A DNA stretch of 64,000 nt, from positions 2,048,001-2,112,000 of the forward strand of contig CP084167.1 of NCBI GenBank assembly GCA_021513715.1, read 5' to 3'. Made by a program: the position numbers and the translations under genes. The notes under the pieces were generated by a model. That model had not been told where the DNA came from, searched no databases, and was given only the letters and a program-made list of their open reading frames with translations. The DNA is from Candidatus Heimdallarchaeum endolithica (lineage in GTDB: Archaea; Asgardarchaeota; Heimdallarchaeia; Heimdallarchaeales; Heimdallarchaeaceae). Position 1 is the stretch's first letter. The number at the start of each line of letters is the position of its first letter. Below, one piece after another: positions 30,585-39,386 of this stretch.

Positions 30585-30818
30585 TTATTTTTCTACACAA
30601 ATCATAGTCATTGTTGAGCGAACATTTTCTAATACTCTTAAGTTATCAGTTACAATCTTTTTTAAAGAATCCATTGTTTCTGATTCAATTTTAGCTATTA
30701 GGTCATATACACCATAAACTACATGAGCTTCTTTCACATTTGGCATTCCTAACAGTTGTTCGAGAACAGATTTTTCTTCTCCTATTTCACTATTTATTAA
30801 TATAAAAGCTGTTGCCAT
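30585..30818 (-). CDS. Stand-alone Lrp/AsnC ligand-binding (RAM) domain protein
   Basis: AFILIN, VYGVYDLIAKI, VRSTMT. Confidence 0.88.
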   Translation of the reverse strand: MATAFILINSEIGEEKSVLEQLLGMPNVKEAHVVYGVYDLIAKIESETMDSLKKIVTDNLRVLENVRSTMTMICVEK

Positions 30819-31161
30819 TTAATCACCTATGTAGTATACTGATTTTTTCTGTTAAAAATCTTTTTCAGATAAAAATAGCTTTTATTCTTTTTTCTTCTTT
30901 AGATGGTTTTTTTCTAACCATCCTTGAGAGCAAAATTGTCTTACAAAAATTAAGCTAATCAATATTTAACTACCCCCAGTTTACTATCAATTAAATGAAA
31001 AAGTTATTAATGTACGAGTGAATGAACTGGAAGCTAATTTGTAAATCAAGATAGTTTATTGAACTACTCGTTCTAATTCTCTTCCTTTTTCTCCTCAGAA
31101 ACAACAAGTATTTATTATTTTTAGTAAAATGGTTTTTAACCCACTTTAACTGTTGATTTAA

Positions 31162-32130
31162 ATGGATACTGCAAAAAAAATTGATCTTATCAAGTATAAT
31201 ACTACTGAAATTGTTACTGAACAGGAATTAAAAGAGCTTTTAGAGACTAAAGATTCACCTAATATTTATACTGGCTACGAACCTAGTGGTCCTGTTCATC
31301 TTGGTCATGCAGTTACTGTAATGAAGTTAAAAGATCTTGAAAGTGCTGGTTTTCATATTAAGATTTTACTAGCTGACGTTCATGCACTTTTGAACAAAAA
31401 AGGTACTAAAGAGGAAATAAGTGAAAATTGCGTTCTCTGGGAAAAAGCTATGCGTGCTTTGGGTCTTAAAAATCCTGAAATCGTTCTTGGCAGCGAGTTT
31501 CAATATAACAAGGAATACATTCAAGACTTACACCGTCTAGCTTTGCGTGTAACTATTAATCGTGGTTTACGATCTATGCAAGAAATTGCTCGAGACATTG
31601 AAAATGCTACCGTATCTCAGATGATTTATCCACTTATGCAAGTATTAGACATTAAATATCTTGATCTTGATGCTGCTCAAGGAGGAATGGAGCAAAGAAA
31701 GATTCACATGTTAGCTAGAGAAGTTTTCCCTAGTGAATTAAAGTTAAAACCTCCAGTATGTATTCATACTCCTCTTATTTCTTCCCTCATGGGACCAGGA
31801 TCAAAGATGTCTTCTTCAGTCCCAGAATCGATGATATCAGTCATAGATTCCAAGGAGGATATTCAACGCAAACTTAAGAAGGCATATTGTCCTGCTAAAA
31901 TCGTTGAAGACAATCCTGTTCTTCAGATAGCCAAGTTGGTTATTTTTCCAAACACTAAATCATTAACTGTTGAAAGGCCTGAGAAATTTGGTGGAGATAT
32001 TTCCTTCAATAATTATGAAGAACTAGAGAAAACTTTTGTTGAGGGAAAGCTTCATCCTTTGGATTTGAAGAAAGTTGTTGCTACTGAATTAACAAAAATC
32101 TTTGAGCCTGTAAAAAAGGTATTTGAGTAA
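31162..32130 (+). CDS. tyrS: Tyrosine--tRNA ligase
   Basis: YTGYEPSG..HLGH, YPLMQ..D, KMSSS, LHPLDLK. Confidence 0.96.
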   Translation: MDTAKKIDLIKYNTTEIVTEQELKELLETKDSPNIYTGYEPSGPVHLGHAVTVMKLKDLESAGFHIKILLADVHALLNKKGTKEEISENCVLWEKAMRALGLKNPEIVLGSEFQYNKEYIQDLHRLALRVTINRGLRSMQEIARDIENATVSQMIYPLMQVLDIKYLDLDAAQGGMEQRKIHMLAREVFPSELKLKPPVCIHTPLISSLMGPGSKMSSSVPESMISVIDSKEDIQRKLKKAYCPAKIVEDNPVLQIAKLVIFPNTKSLTVERPEKFGGDISFNNYEELEKTFVEGKLHPLDLKKVVATELTKIFEPVKKVFE

Positions 32131-32147
32131 TTCAAAGAATTTATCTT

Positions 32148-32813
32148 CTAATTTTTCTTTCTTTTACTATTTATATACGAACGAATTTTAAGTAGATCTA
32201 TTAACAACTTTATGCCTATCAAAAATGTGAAAATTGCCTCTAAAGTAGCATTTACAGCTATCAAGTATAGTTCTGTTTCATAATCTCTTACATTCGCAGC
32301 TAATCCTACAACTATAGCTACTACTATCCTGTATGAGCCAAAAAGTGGATAAACTAAACTAAAATTTATTTTTACTTCATCATTTTTTTTAAGTTTTAAA
32401 AAAACTCTATCTAAGTAAATGAAAGCTATCAATTTCCCGAAAACAATTGCTAACAGAGTAAAGGCACCTAACACTATTGTGCTTAATGTAAAAAGTGAGA
32501 CCAGTTCAGCTACACTATAAACAATAAGCCAGTTTCTTGCTAGTTCGCCTTCTCGCCTGATGAAACCTACAAAAAAATTAGAAAATATCATCCCAAAGCC
32601 TATTGCAAGGGGAAGAAAGCTAATAGACATAGTCGACCTTATCAGATATTGTCGAAACCACCCAACATAAGCCCATTTTGTAACTAAAAGGTCTATTATG
32701 TTGAATAATGAAGAAAACAATAACAAGATTACACCAGAAAAGCTCCAAATGAATGTTTCTTTAAAATGGTATTCTATTTTTAACGGTAGCAATTTATCGT
32801 GAGAAACGTCCAA
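32148..32813 (-). CDS. Membrane protein, paralog of 36384-37079
   Basis: About 6 TM; shared V.WF..Y, PLA..FG, Y.L..N.T.E, IGIK...D. Confidence 0.75.
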   Translation of the reverse strand: MDVSHDKLLPLKIEYHFKETFIWSFSGVILLLFSSLFNIIDLLVTKWAYVGWFRQYLIRSTMSISFLPLAIGFGMIFSNFFVGFIRREGELARNWLIVYSVAELVSLFTLSTIVLGAFTLLAIVFGKLIAFIYLDRVFLKLKKNDEVKINFSLVYPLFGSYRIVVAIVVGLAANVRDYETELYLIAVNATLEAIFTFLIGIKLLIDLLKIRSYINSKRKKN

Positions 32814-32934
32814 TTTAATTCACAAACCTTATGGTTAGTAGTTTTCAAACAAAAAATCAGTTCTTTAAACATTACGATAGTGAATAATCAAATAATCTAT
32901 TGAATTCCAAATGTAAAATGTGAAAAAGTTCAAT

Positions 32935-33849
32935 TCAAATTTTATCTGGAAGAACATTCTTGATTATTTGTTCAGGAATAAATGGTTTTAAGTCATTATA
33001 TTTTTGTCCTACACCTATAAATAAAATTGGTTTTCTTGTAGCATGTACAACAGAGATTGTTGCGCCTCCTTTAACATCTGCATCCATCTTATTAATAATT
33101 GAAGCATCAATACCTATTTTACTATTAAATAATTCTGCTTGAGATACTAAAGAATTACCTGTTAAAGCATCACCTACAAAAATCTTCAAATCAGGTTCAA
33201 CAACTCTATCTAATTTCTGTAATTCGGCCATCAAATTCTTATTTGTTTCCATCCTTCCTGCTGTATCAATTAAAACTACATCAATTCCTTTAGCTGAAGC
33301 ATGTGATACCGCATCAAAAGCTACTGCTGCAGCATCAGAACCATATGTTTGAGAAATAATTTTTACCCCCACTTTTTTTGCATGTTGCTCTAATTGCTGT
33401 ATGCTTCCAGCTCTAAAGGTATCTGACGCAGCAAAAACAGAAGAAATGTCATTTTTTTTCAAATAATAGCCTAATTTAGCTATTGAAAGAGTTTTACCAA
33501 CGCCATTTATTCCAAAGAAGGCAATAACCAAAGGCTGTTTTTTCTTTCTATATTCTTCTACTAAACTCAATAAATTAATTGTCTCTTCTGGTTGTAAAAT
33601 TTCTAATAATGAAGAGCGCAAAGCTTCTAGAATAAGGCTTTTTGGAGAAGACATACGTTTATACTCAACATTTAGTAGCTTATCTGAAACACTTTCACAA
33701 ATTTTATCAGCTGTTACCACCGCTACTTCATTTTGTATTAGTATGTCCTTAAGGGGGTGAATTACCTTTTTTATAGTTTTTTGGTTAAGTTCGGCAATAG
33801 TGATCTTCTTCAAAAGAGAAGAGAGGCTTTTTTTCATATTTTTGAACAA
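32935..33849 (-). CDS. ftsY: SRP receptor FtsY
   Basis: GINGVGKT, DTFRAG, DTAGR, KMDAD.KGG. Confidence 0.96.
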   Translation of the reverse strand: MFKNMKKSLSSLLKKITIAELNQKTIKKVIHPLKDILIQNEVAVVTADKICESVSDKLLNVEYKRMSSPKSLILEALRSSLLEILQPEETINLLSLVEEYRKKKQPLVIAFFGINGVGKTLSIAKLGYYLKKNDISSVFAASDTFRAGSIQQLEQHAKKVGVKIISQTYGSDAAAVAFDAVSHASAKGIDVVLIDTAGRMETNKNLMAELQKLDRVVEPDLKIFVGDALTGNSLVSQAELFNSKIGIDASIINKMDADVKGGATISVVHATRKPILFIGVGQKYNDLKPFIPEQIIKNVLPDKI

Positions 33850-33871
33850 AAAAATTCCCCCTTAAGAAAAA

Positions 33872-34309
33872 TTACCCTTGTTGTATCATTCTAACGAAAG
33901 AGTCTATCTCTTTTAGTCTTTCAATTACTTGATTATAACTTGCTTGAACTTGTGAGATTTGATTATTTACATCTGTTTTTCTTTTTTCTATATTTGCTAA
34001 TGCCTGGTCTATTAGTATCTCTGCATGTACTCCTGCACCTAAAGAGGAAATAACTTTCTCTGTTTTCTTTACTGATGCATGAATGAAATTACCTGCACCT
34101 ATTGGAACAAGGATATTTTTTTCATCAGAGATATTCTTGAGCTCTTTCATTGCTTTTTCAGCATTATTCATATCAGCTAAATAACTTTGAAAGACCTCTA
34201 GCTGTTTCTGATATTGACCAGCTTGTTGCTCTAGTTGTTGAGCAGAATAAAGTAACTTACTTAATTCTTCCTGGCCAATTTGGGGTTTATTACTTGCCAA
34301 TCTTATCAC
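33872..34309 (-). CDS. pfdA: Prefoldin alpha subunit
   Basis: ILVPIGAG...LGAG beta hairpins between coiled coils; conserved context. Confidence 0.93.
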   Translation of the reverse strand: MIRLASNKPQIGQEELSKLLYSAQQLEQQAGQYQKQLEVFQSYLADMNNAEKAMKELKNISDEKNILVPIGAGNFIHASVKKTEKVISSLGAGVHAEILIDQALANIEKRKTDVNNQISQVQASYNQVIERLKEIDSFVRMIQQG

Positions 34310-34310
34310 A

Positions 34311-34586
34311 CTAAGCCTTTTTTGGGATTTTTAAGTTGTCATCAGTTGTGAATGTATGAACATACTGATCCGTTATTTCATTGGGATCAGTAACCTCACG
34401 AATACTATCTTCAGTAAGAACAATTTCAGTTCGCTTTACGTGATGTTTACTACCCATAATTGCATAAATATTTTCCAAAGCATCTTGTGGATTTAATGCG
34501 CGAACAAACTTGCTAAATTTTATCCTTTGTTTGCCCTTCTTATAATGTCCAGTAATTTTGTAAACTTTTACGCTCATTGAGTTCAC
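34311..34586 (-). CDS. rplX: 50S ribosomal protein L18Ae/LX
   Basis: KVYKITG, FSKFVRA, GSKHHVKR. Confidence 0.92.
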   Translation of the reverse strand: MNSMSVKVYKITGHYKKGKQRIKFSKFVRALNPQDALENIYAIMGSKHHVKRTEIVLTEDSIREVTDPNEITDQYVHTFTTDDNLKIPKKA

Positions 34587-34747
34587 CTTTTTATCTCATA
34601 GGAGCGTTGATTAGTACCTTTTTCAAGTTTTTGAATTTAGTGTTTCTTTAAAAAATGACAAAAATAAAAGAAAAAGAGTTTTACTCACAAATATTTGGGG
34701 TATCGTCCAATCGAAATCTGTAAAAAGAATAAGAAAAAAATAACTTA

Positions 34748-35473
34748 ATGAGTGAGTGTTTTGTTATAGAATACGATACTATTGATTATTTAAGTGCGTT
34801 AAATATTCAGAATAGAATAAGAAACATAAAAGAGGAAGATAGAGAACACGACAATTTTTTGTTACTGTTACAGCATGAACCACCAGTTTTTACACTAGGT
34901 AAACAAGGAAAGAGAAGTGAAATCCTTGTTAGTGATGAGGTGTTGGAAAAAGAAGGAATTGAAGTTGTTGAAATCAGAAGAGGTGGAAAAGTAACATATC
35001 ATGGCCCAGGACAATTAGTTGCTTACTTTTTACTAGATCTAATACAATTGAAAATCACCATTCCAGATTTCGTTCACAAAATGGAAGAAGTAGTAATTCA
35101 AACAATAATGGAATACAACATAGAAGGATTCAGAAGAGAAGAATATCCTGGAGTGTGGATAAAACATAATGGTCAAATATCCAAAATAGCTGCTGTCGGA
35201 GCGAGAGCATCAAAGCATATAACATCACACGGATTAGCACTGAATATAAATACAAATATGAGTCATTTTCAAATGATAATTCCATGTGGAATAACAGATT
35301 TTAAACCCATTTCACTCAAGGAAGTTCTAAATAGAAGCGTTGATATGCGTGAAGTGTATGAGAAATTTAAAAACAATTTTGCTAAAGTATTTAACATAGA
35401 AATTAAGGATCTTTCACCAAGAGATTTATTGACAAAAATAGAAAAAAAAGAAAGAGAAACAGAAAAACAATAA
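34748..35473 (+). CDS. lipB: Lipoyl(octanoyl) transferase
   Basis: QHEPPVFTLG, RGGKVTYHGPGQ, HGLALN, IIPCG. Confidence 0.94.
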   Translation: MSECFVIEYDTIDYLSALNIQNRIRNIKEEDREHDNFLLLLQHEPPVFTLGKQGKRSEILVSDEVLEKEGIEVVEIRRGGKVTYHGPGQLVAYFLLDLIQLKITIPDFVHKMEEVVIQTIMEYNIEGFRREEYPGVWIKHNGQISKIAAVGARASKHITSHGLALNINTNMSHFQMIIPCGITDFKPISLKEVLNRSVDMREVYEKFKNNFAKVFNIEIKDLSPRDLLTKIEKKERETEKQ

Positions 35474-35497
35474 AACAATAAAGAAAAGTGAGTAATA

Positions 35498-36367
35498 ATG
35501 CCAAATGTAAGAAAGCCAGAATGGTTAAGAATTGGGAAGGTGCAGAGGGAAGAGATAAGACAAGTTCAAAAACTTATGAGAGAACTGCATCTACATACAG
35601 TATGCGAAGAATCAATGTGCCCAAATATAGGAAAATGCTTTGTAAATAAAACTGCAACATTTCTAGTGATGGGAAATGTCTGTACAAGAAATTGTAAATT
35701 CTGTGATATTGCAACAGGAAGACCACAACCACTAGACCCCATGGAACCAAAACATATTGTTGAGGCAGCTAAAAAACTAAATTTAGAGCATGTAGTAGTC
35801 ACATCAGTAACAAGAGATGATTTAACAGATGGAGGAGCTGCACATTTCGCAGAAATAACAAGAAAATTAAGAGAATATAAAGAAGATTTGATAATAGAAC
35901 TACTTATACCTGACATGAAAGGAAAAGTGGAAAGTATTAAAACAATAATAGAAGCAAAACCAAACATAATTAATCACAATGTAGAGGTAGTACCGAGATT
36001 ATATAAAAAAGTCACACCACAAGCAAATTATGAAATATCATTAAAAGTACTGAAAATGGTTAAAGAATATAGTAAGAAAATATTAACTAAATCAGGAATA
36101 ATGGTTGGACTAGGAGAAACAAAAGAAGAAGTAATACAAGTATTAAAGGATTTAAGAAAAGTAGATTGTGACATATTAACTATAGGACAATATCTGAAAC
36201 CACCAAGCTCAAACTTAGAAATAGAAGAATACGTCCACCCAGATACTTTTAAGGAATATGAAAAAATAGGTTATGAGCTGGGATTTAAGTTCGTAGCTTC
36301 AGCTCCGTTTGTGAGAAGCTCATTTAACGCAAAAGAAGCAGACTTTCTCTTAGCAACAGAAGTATAA
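35498..36367 (+). CDS. lipA: Lipoyl synthase
   Basis: CEESMCPNIGKC, CTRNCKFC, VRSS. Confidence 0.96.
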   Translation: MPNVRKPEWLRIGKVQREEIRQVQKLMRELHLHTVCEESMCPNIGKCFVNKTATFLVMGNVCTRNCKFCDIATGRPQPLDPMEPKHIVEAAKKLNLEHVVVTSVTRDDLTDGGAAHFAEITRKLREYKEDLIIELLIPDMKGKVESIKTIIEAKPNIINHNVEVVPRLYKKVTPQANYEISLKVLKMVKEYSKKILTKSGIMVGLGETKEEVIQVLKDLRKVDCDILTIGQYLKPPSSNLEIEEYVHPDTFKEYEKIGYELGFKFVASAPFVRSSFNAKEADFLLATEV

Positions 36368-36383
36368 AAAAAAGGGTTCAATA

Positions 36384-37079
36384 ATGGTCTCAAACGAAGA
36401 AAAGCAGAAGAAAATATTTAACACAGAAATAAACAAATTTTATTTTTTAGCATTAACGGGAAGCATTTTGTTTACAATAGCAGCAGCAATAAATCTGTCG
36501 AACAGGACAATACAATACTTAAGAGCAGTAAATTGGTTCTTTGATTATATTTTTGCAGCAGTAATAGCTTTAAGCTTAATACCAATAGCATTAAGCTTCG
36601 GAGGAATAGCAGACCTATACTTTAAAGATCACGTCAGAAAGGAAGGAATGCAAGGAAGAACATATTTGTTGATTTATGCAATAGGAGAAATATTAAAACC
36701 ATTCACTATAGGAAGCGTGGTCTTCGGAAGCTTGGCGATTCTAATAAGTCTAGCGTCAAGAGCAATGGGATTCAGAAAAATAGATCTAATGCTAACAAGA
36801 ATAAAAAAAATAACAGATATTAAAGTGGGAAGTATATTATACCAAATATTCGGATTCTATTCAATAATTGTTTCAGTAATAGCTTCAATAGCTAATGCAG
36901 CAGGAGATGAAGAATTACTAATTTATCTACTGGTATTCAATGGAACAATAGAAACAATATTGATGATAATGATAGGAATAAAAATAATAGTAGATGTGAC
37001 GATAATAAAAAGATACATCAAAAGAAAAAAAATAAAACCAAGATATATGAGAATCTACGGAACAATAAGAGAAAAATAA
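36384..37079 (+). CDS. Membrane protein, paralog of 32148-32813
   Basis: About 6 TM; aligns by eye with 32148-32813. Confidence 0.75.
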   Translation: MVSNEEKQKKIFNTEINKFYFLALTGSILFTIAAAINLSNRTIQYLRAVNWFFDYIFAAVIALSLIPIALSFGGIADLYFKDHVRKEGMQGRTYLLIYAIGEILKPFTIGSVVFGSLAILISLASRAMGFRKIDLMLTRIKKITDIKVGSILYQIFGFYSIIVSVIASIANAAGDEELLIYLLVFNGTIETILMIMIGIKIIVDVTIIKRYIKRKKIKPRYMRIYGTIREK

Positions 37080-37174
37080 AGTCTATCACTATCAAAAAAG
37101 GTGTAACTATCACTATCACTATCACTATCAAAAGATAAACAAGGCGAAACAAAACGAAAAAGAAAACAAAAGAA
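37070..37174 (+). repeat. (CACTAT)n-containing dispersed element
   Basis: gaaaaataaagtctatcactatc is identical to the reverse complement near 43791-43813; hexamer run and aaacaaaacgaaaa also shared. Confidence 0.8.
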
Positions 37175-37609
37175 AAGAAGAAATGGTGCGGGGAGAGAGA
37201 TTCGAACTCTCCAAGCCTAAGAAAATAAATCAGTATAAACAGAATAACATTTTTTAACAAAATCATCAATAATTGTTCCTTCAACAGGAAATAGGTAGTG
37301 TTTAAATGACCACCTAATCCTTGAATTATTTTCATAAATAGCTTTTATCAATATTTTTTTGGGTATTTTGCTCCCTTTAAAAAAAGAGAAATAAAATTTT
37401 GATTATTATATTTTCACGCCACACCCCACCAATATTTTGTCGGAAGAAACTATGTACCACCAAAATTGGATTAAGGTAAGATTAGAATTTTAAACAAAGG
37501 TTAGAAAATTTAACAATTATAAAATAAACACGTATAATTTTATCTTATTGAAGTCAGTCAACTTTTTTTGGAAGTGTTAATAAAATAAAAAAGAATAAAG
37601 AGAAACAGT

Positions 37610-37770
37610 GTTAAACTTGGGCTAAGACAAGATTAAAATTATAAAGTGCTAAAAGTTCTACAAGATTAAAAGAAGTTAAAATTGGACTAAGATAGGATTG
37701 AAATGACTTAATTAAAGAAATAAGCTGGTGTTGAATAATAGTTAAAATTGGACTAAGATAGGATTGAAAT
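37610..37770 (+). CRISPR. Cas-less mini CRISPR array (3 repeats, 2 spacers)
   Basis: GTTAAAATTGGACTAAGATAGGATTGAAAT at 37675 and 37741 (1 mismatch to main repeat); degenerate copy at 37610; spacers of 35 and 36 nt. Confidence 0.88.
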
Positions 37771-38493
37771 AGAAGTTTGAAAAGTCTCAGCAAATTGACG
37801 AGGATCAACCTTAGAACGAGAAGAACCAAAAGCGAAAACAGCCTTATCAAAACCACAAATATACAGAAAGGACTTAAAATAAGAACTAACCTCTTCAGAA
37901 CGAAGAAAAGGAAAAAAAGGAGGAAAAGGAGGGAGAAAAGAAGACGGAAGAAGAGATGAAGAATTAAAACGATGACGCATAAGGAGACGATAGGAAGGTA
38001 AAAAAGAATCAAAATAGGAAAAGAAAAAATCATAAAATTCCTCAAAAGAGAAAAAAGAACTGAAAAAGGAAGAAGATAAAAAATTAAAATCTAAATCAGA
38101 TAAAAAAAAGAATGCAAAATCAGATAAAAAATTAGGAAGAGAAAAATGCAAAAAAGAAAAATGAGCATAAAATAAAGAAAAATTGCAAAGAGAAAATTTA
38201 CGGGAAGAAAAAGAATCAAGGAAAAAGGAAAGAAAAGATTTCCAATTAAAATGAGAATCAAAAAAATGAAAAGAGGAAGAAGAAAGAGAGAAAGGATCAT
38301 TAAAGGAAATAAGTAAAAAAATGTCCCTTACAAAAAAAGAAAGAGAAGAGGGAGAAGAGGAAGAAAGAAGAGAAAGAAAAGAAAAAAAATCAGGGGAAGA
38401 ATCAATAAAAGTCTGAAGTAAAAAAACAAATTGAGGATCGTGAAGAAAAGAAAAAGAATCGATAACAGAAAAAGTAGGAGAAAAAGCAACCAT
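37753..38493 (-). CDS. Putative Phe/Ser-rich 246-aa protein ending inside a CRISPR repeat
   Basis: ATG shortly downstream of tRNA-Leu; long open frame, but T-rich strands open easily. Confidence 0.4.
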   Translation of the reverse strand: MVAFSPTFSVIDSFSFLHDPQFVFLLQTFIDSSPDFFSFLSLLSSSSPSSLSFFVRDIFLLISFNDPFSLSSSSFHFFDSHFNWKSFLSFFLDSFSSRKFSLCNFSLFYAHFSFLHFSLPNFLSDFAFFFLSDLDFNFLSSSFFSSFFSFEEFYDFFFSYFDSFLPSYRLLMRHRFNSSSLLPSSFLPPFPPFFPFLRSEEVSSYFKSFLYICGFDKAVFAFGSSRSKVDPRQFAETFQTSISILS

Positions 38494-38536
38494 AAAGAAA
38501 AAAGGAAAAGGAAATATATAAAGATAAAAGAAGAAA

Positions 38537-38621
38537 TGGTGCGGGGAGAGAGATTCGAACTCTCGAACCACTAAGGACTGGATCCTAAGTCCAGCGCCTT
38601 TGACCGCTCGGCAATCCCCGC
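38537..38621 (-). tRNA. tRNA-Leu(TAG)
   Basis: GCGGGGA/TCCCCGC, CTGGA-CT TAG GA-TCCAG, variable arm, CCA. Confidence 0.96.
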
Positions 38622-38864
38622 GAAAGTTGAAGCAAATGAACAAAGTAGGAAACGAGAAGCTTTTCTATATGGATTAAGAAACGAGTTAACATCTATTTTT
38701 TAAATTTATCTCTGTAAGATAATAAAAGAATATAAAGAAAATAATTATTAAGAAGAGGACACGACAAACAAAAATATTAAAAATCAATTTAATTCTATCA
38801 GTTCAAAAAGACAAAAAGACAAAAAGACAAAAAAAAGTAAAAATGGAGAAAAATGCAACTAGAA

Positions 38865-38972
38865 GCCCCGATGGTGTAGCTCGGCCAATCATAATGGACT
38901 TTCACATGCTAAAGTCCGCGGATGTGGCAGGAATATCCATTGACCCGGGTTCAAATCCCGGTCGGGGCACCA
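38865..38972 (+). tRNA. tRNA-Glu(TTC) with 30-nt intron (38905-38934)
   Basis: GCCCCGA/TCGGGGC, ATGGA-CT TTC A[intron]A-TCCAT, CCA. Confidence 0.92.
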
Positions 38973-39386
38973 AGTTCCTATTTTAATTAGTTTATAGAAA
39001 ATTAAGGTTACGAGGTTAATTGGTAACAAAACAAAATAGTAACCTTCTCCTGTAATTCTGCTTCTAAACAAAAAATCAAGTTAAGAATTAACAGTTAACC
39101 TAGAAGATTTTTAGACCAAAATTTTGAATTAAAAAATCTTGTTTGAGAATGTAATAATAGAAGAGAAGAAATTAGAAGATGAAAACTTGAGCTCTTGATC
39201 ACCAGAACATTTATCCAGAAATAGATTATAAGAGATGAGTCTTGATTTAAAATCACTGTAACTATCTTTTTACAAGTTTGAAAACAGTTAAAACTAAAGA
39301 AAATTACTCTTTATTTAAAATCATCAAAACTAGTGTTTAACCCCTTTTTCGCAAAAATTTATTAATAAAAAAAATGTCTATTTTTT

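Larger units (their letters stand above)
37173..38564. mobile_element. 1.3-kb cassette bounded by 39-bp direct repeats of the tRNA-Leu 3' end (att-like)
   Basis: aaaagaagaaatggtgcggggagagagattcgaactctc at 37173-37211 and 38526-38564. Confidence 0.75.

Noticed and set aside
31013-31072. Possible C/D-box sRNA upstream of tyrS (ACGAGT...ACTCGT stem)
   Set aside because: No convincing C or D boxes; a 6-bp stem can arise by chance.
37173-37211. tRNA fragments here and at 42066-42104 as split-tRNA halves
   Set aside because: They are exact copies of nearby intact genes including 3' flank, with no complementary leader; att-like duplication fits better.
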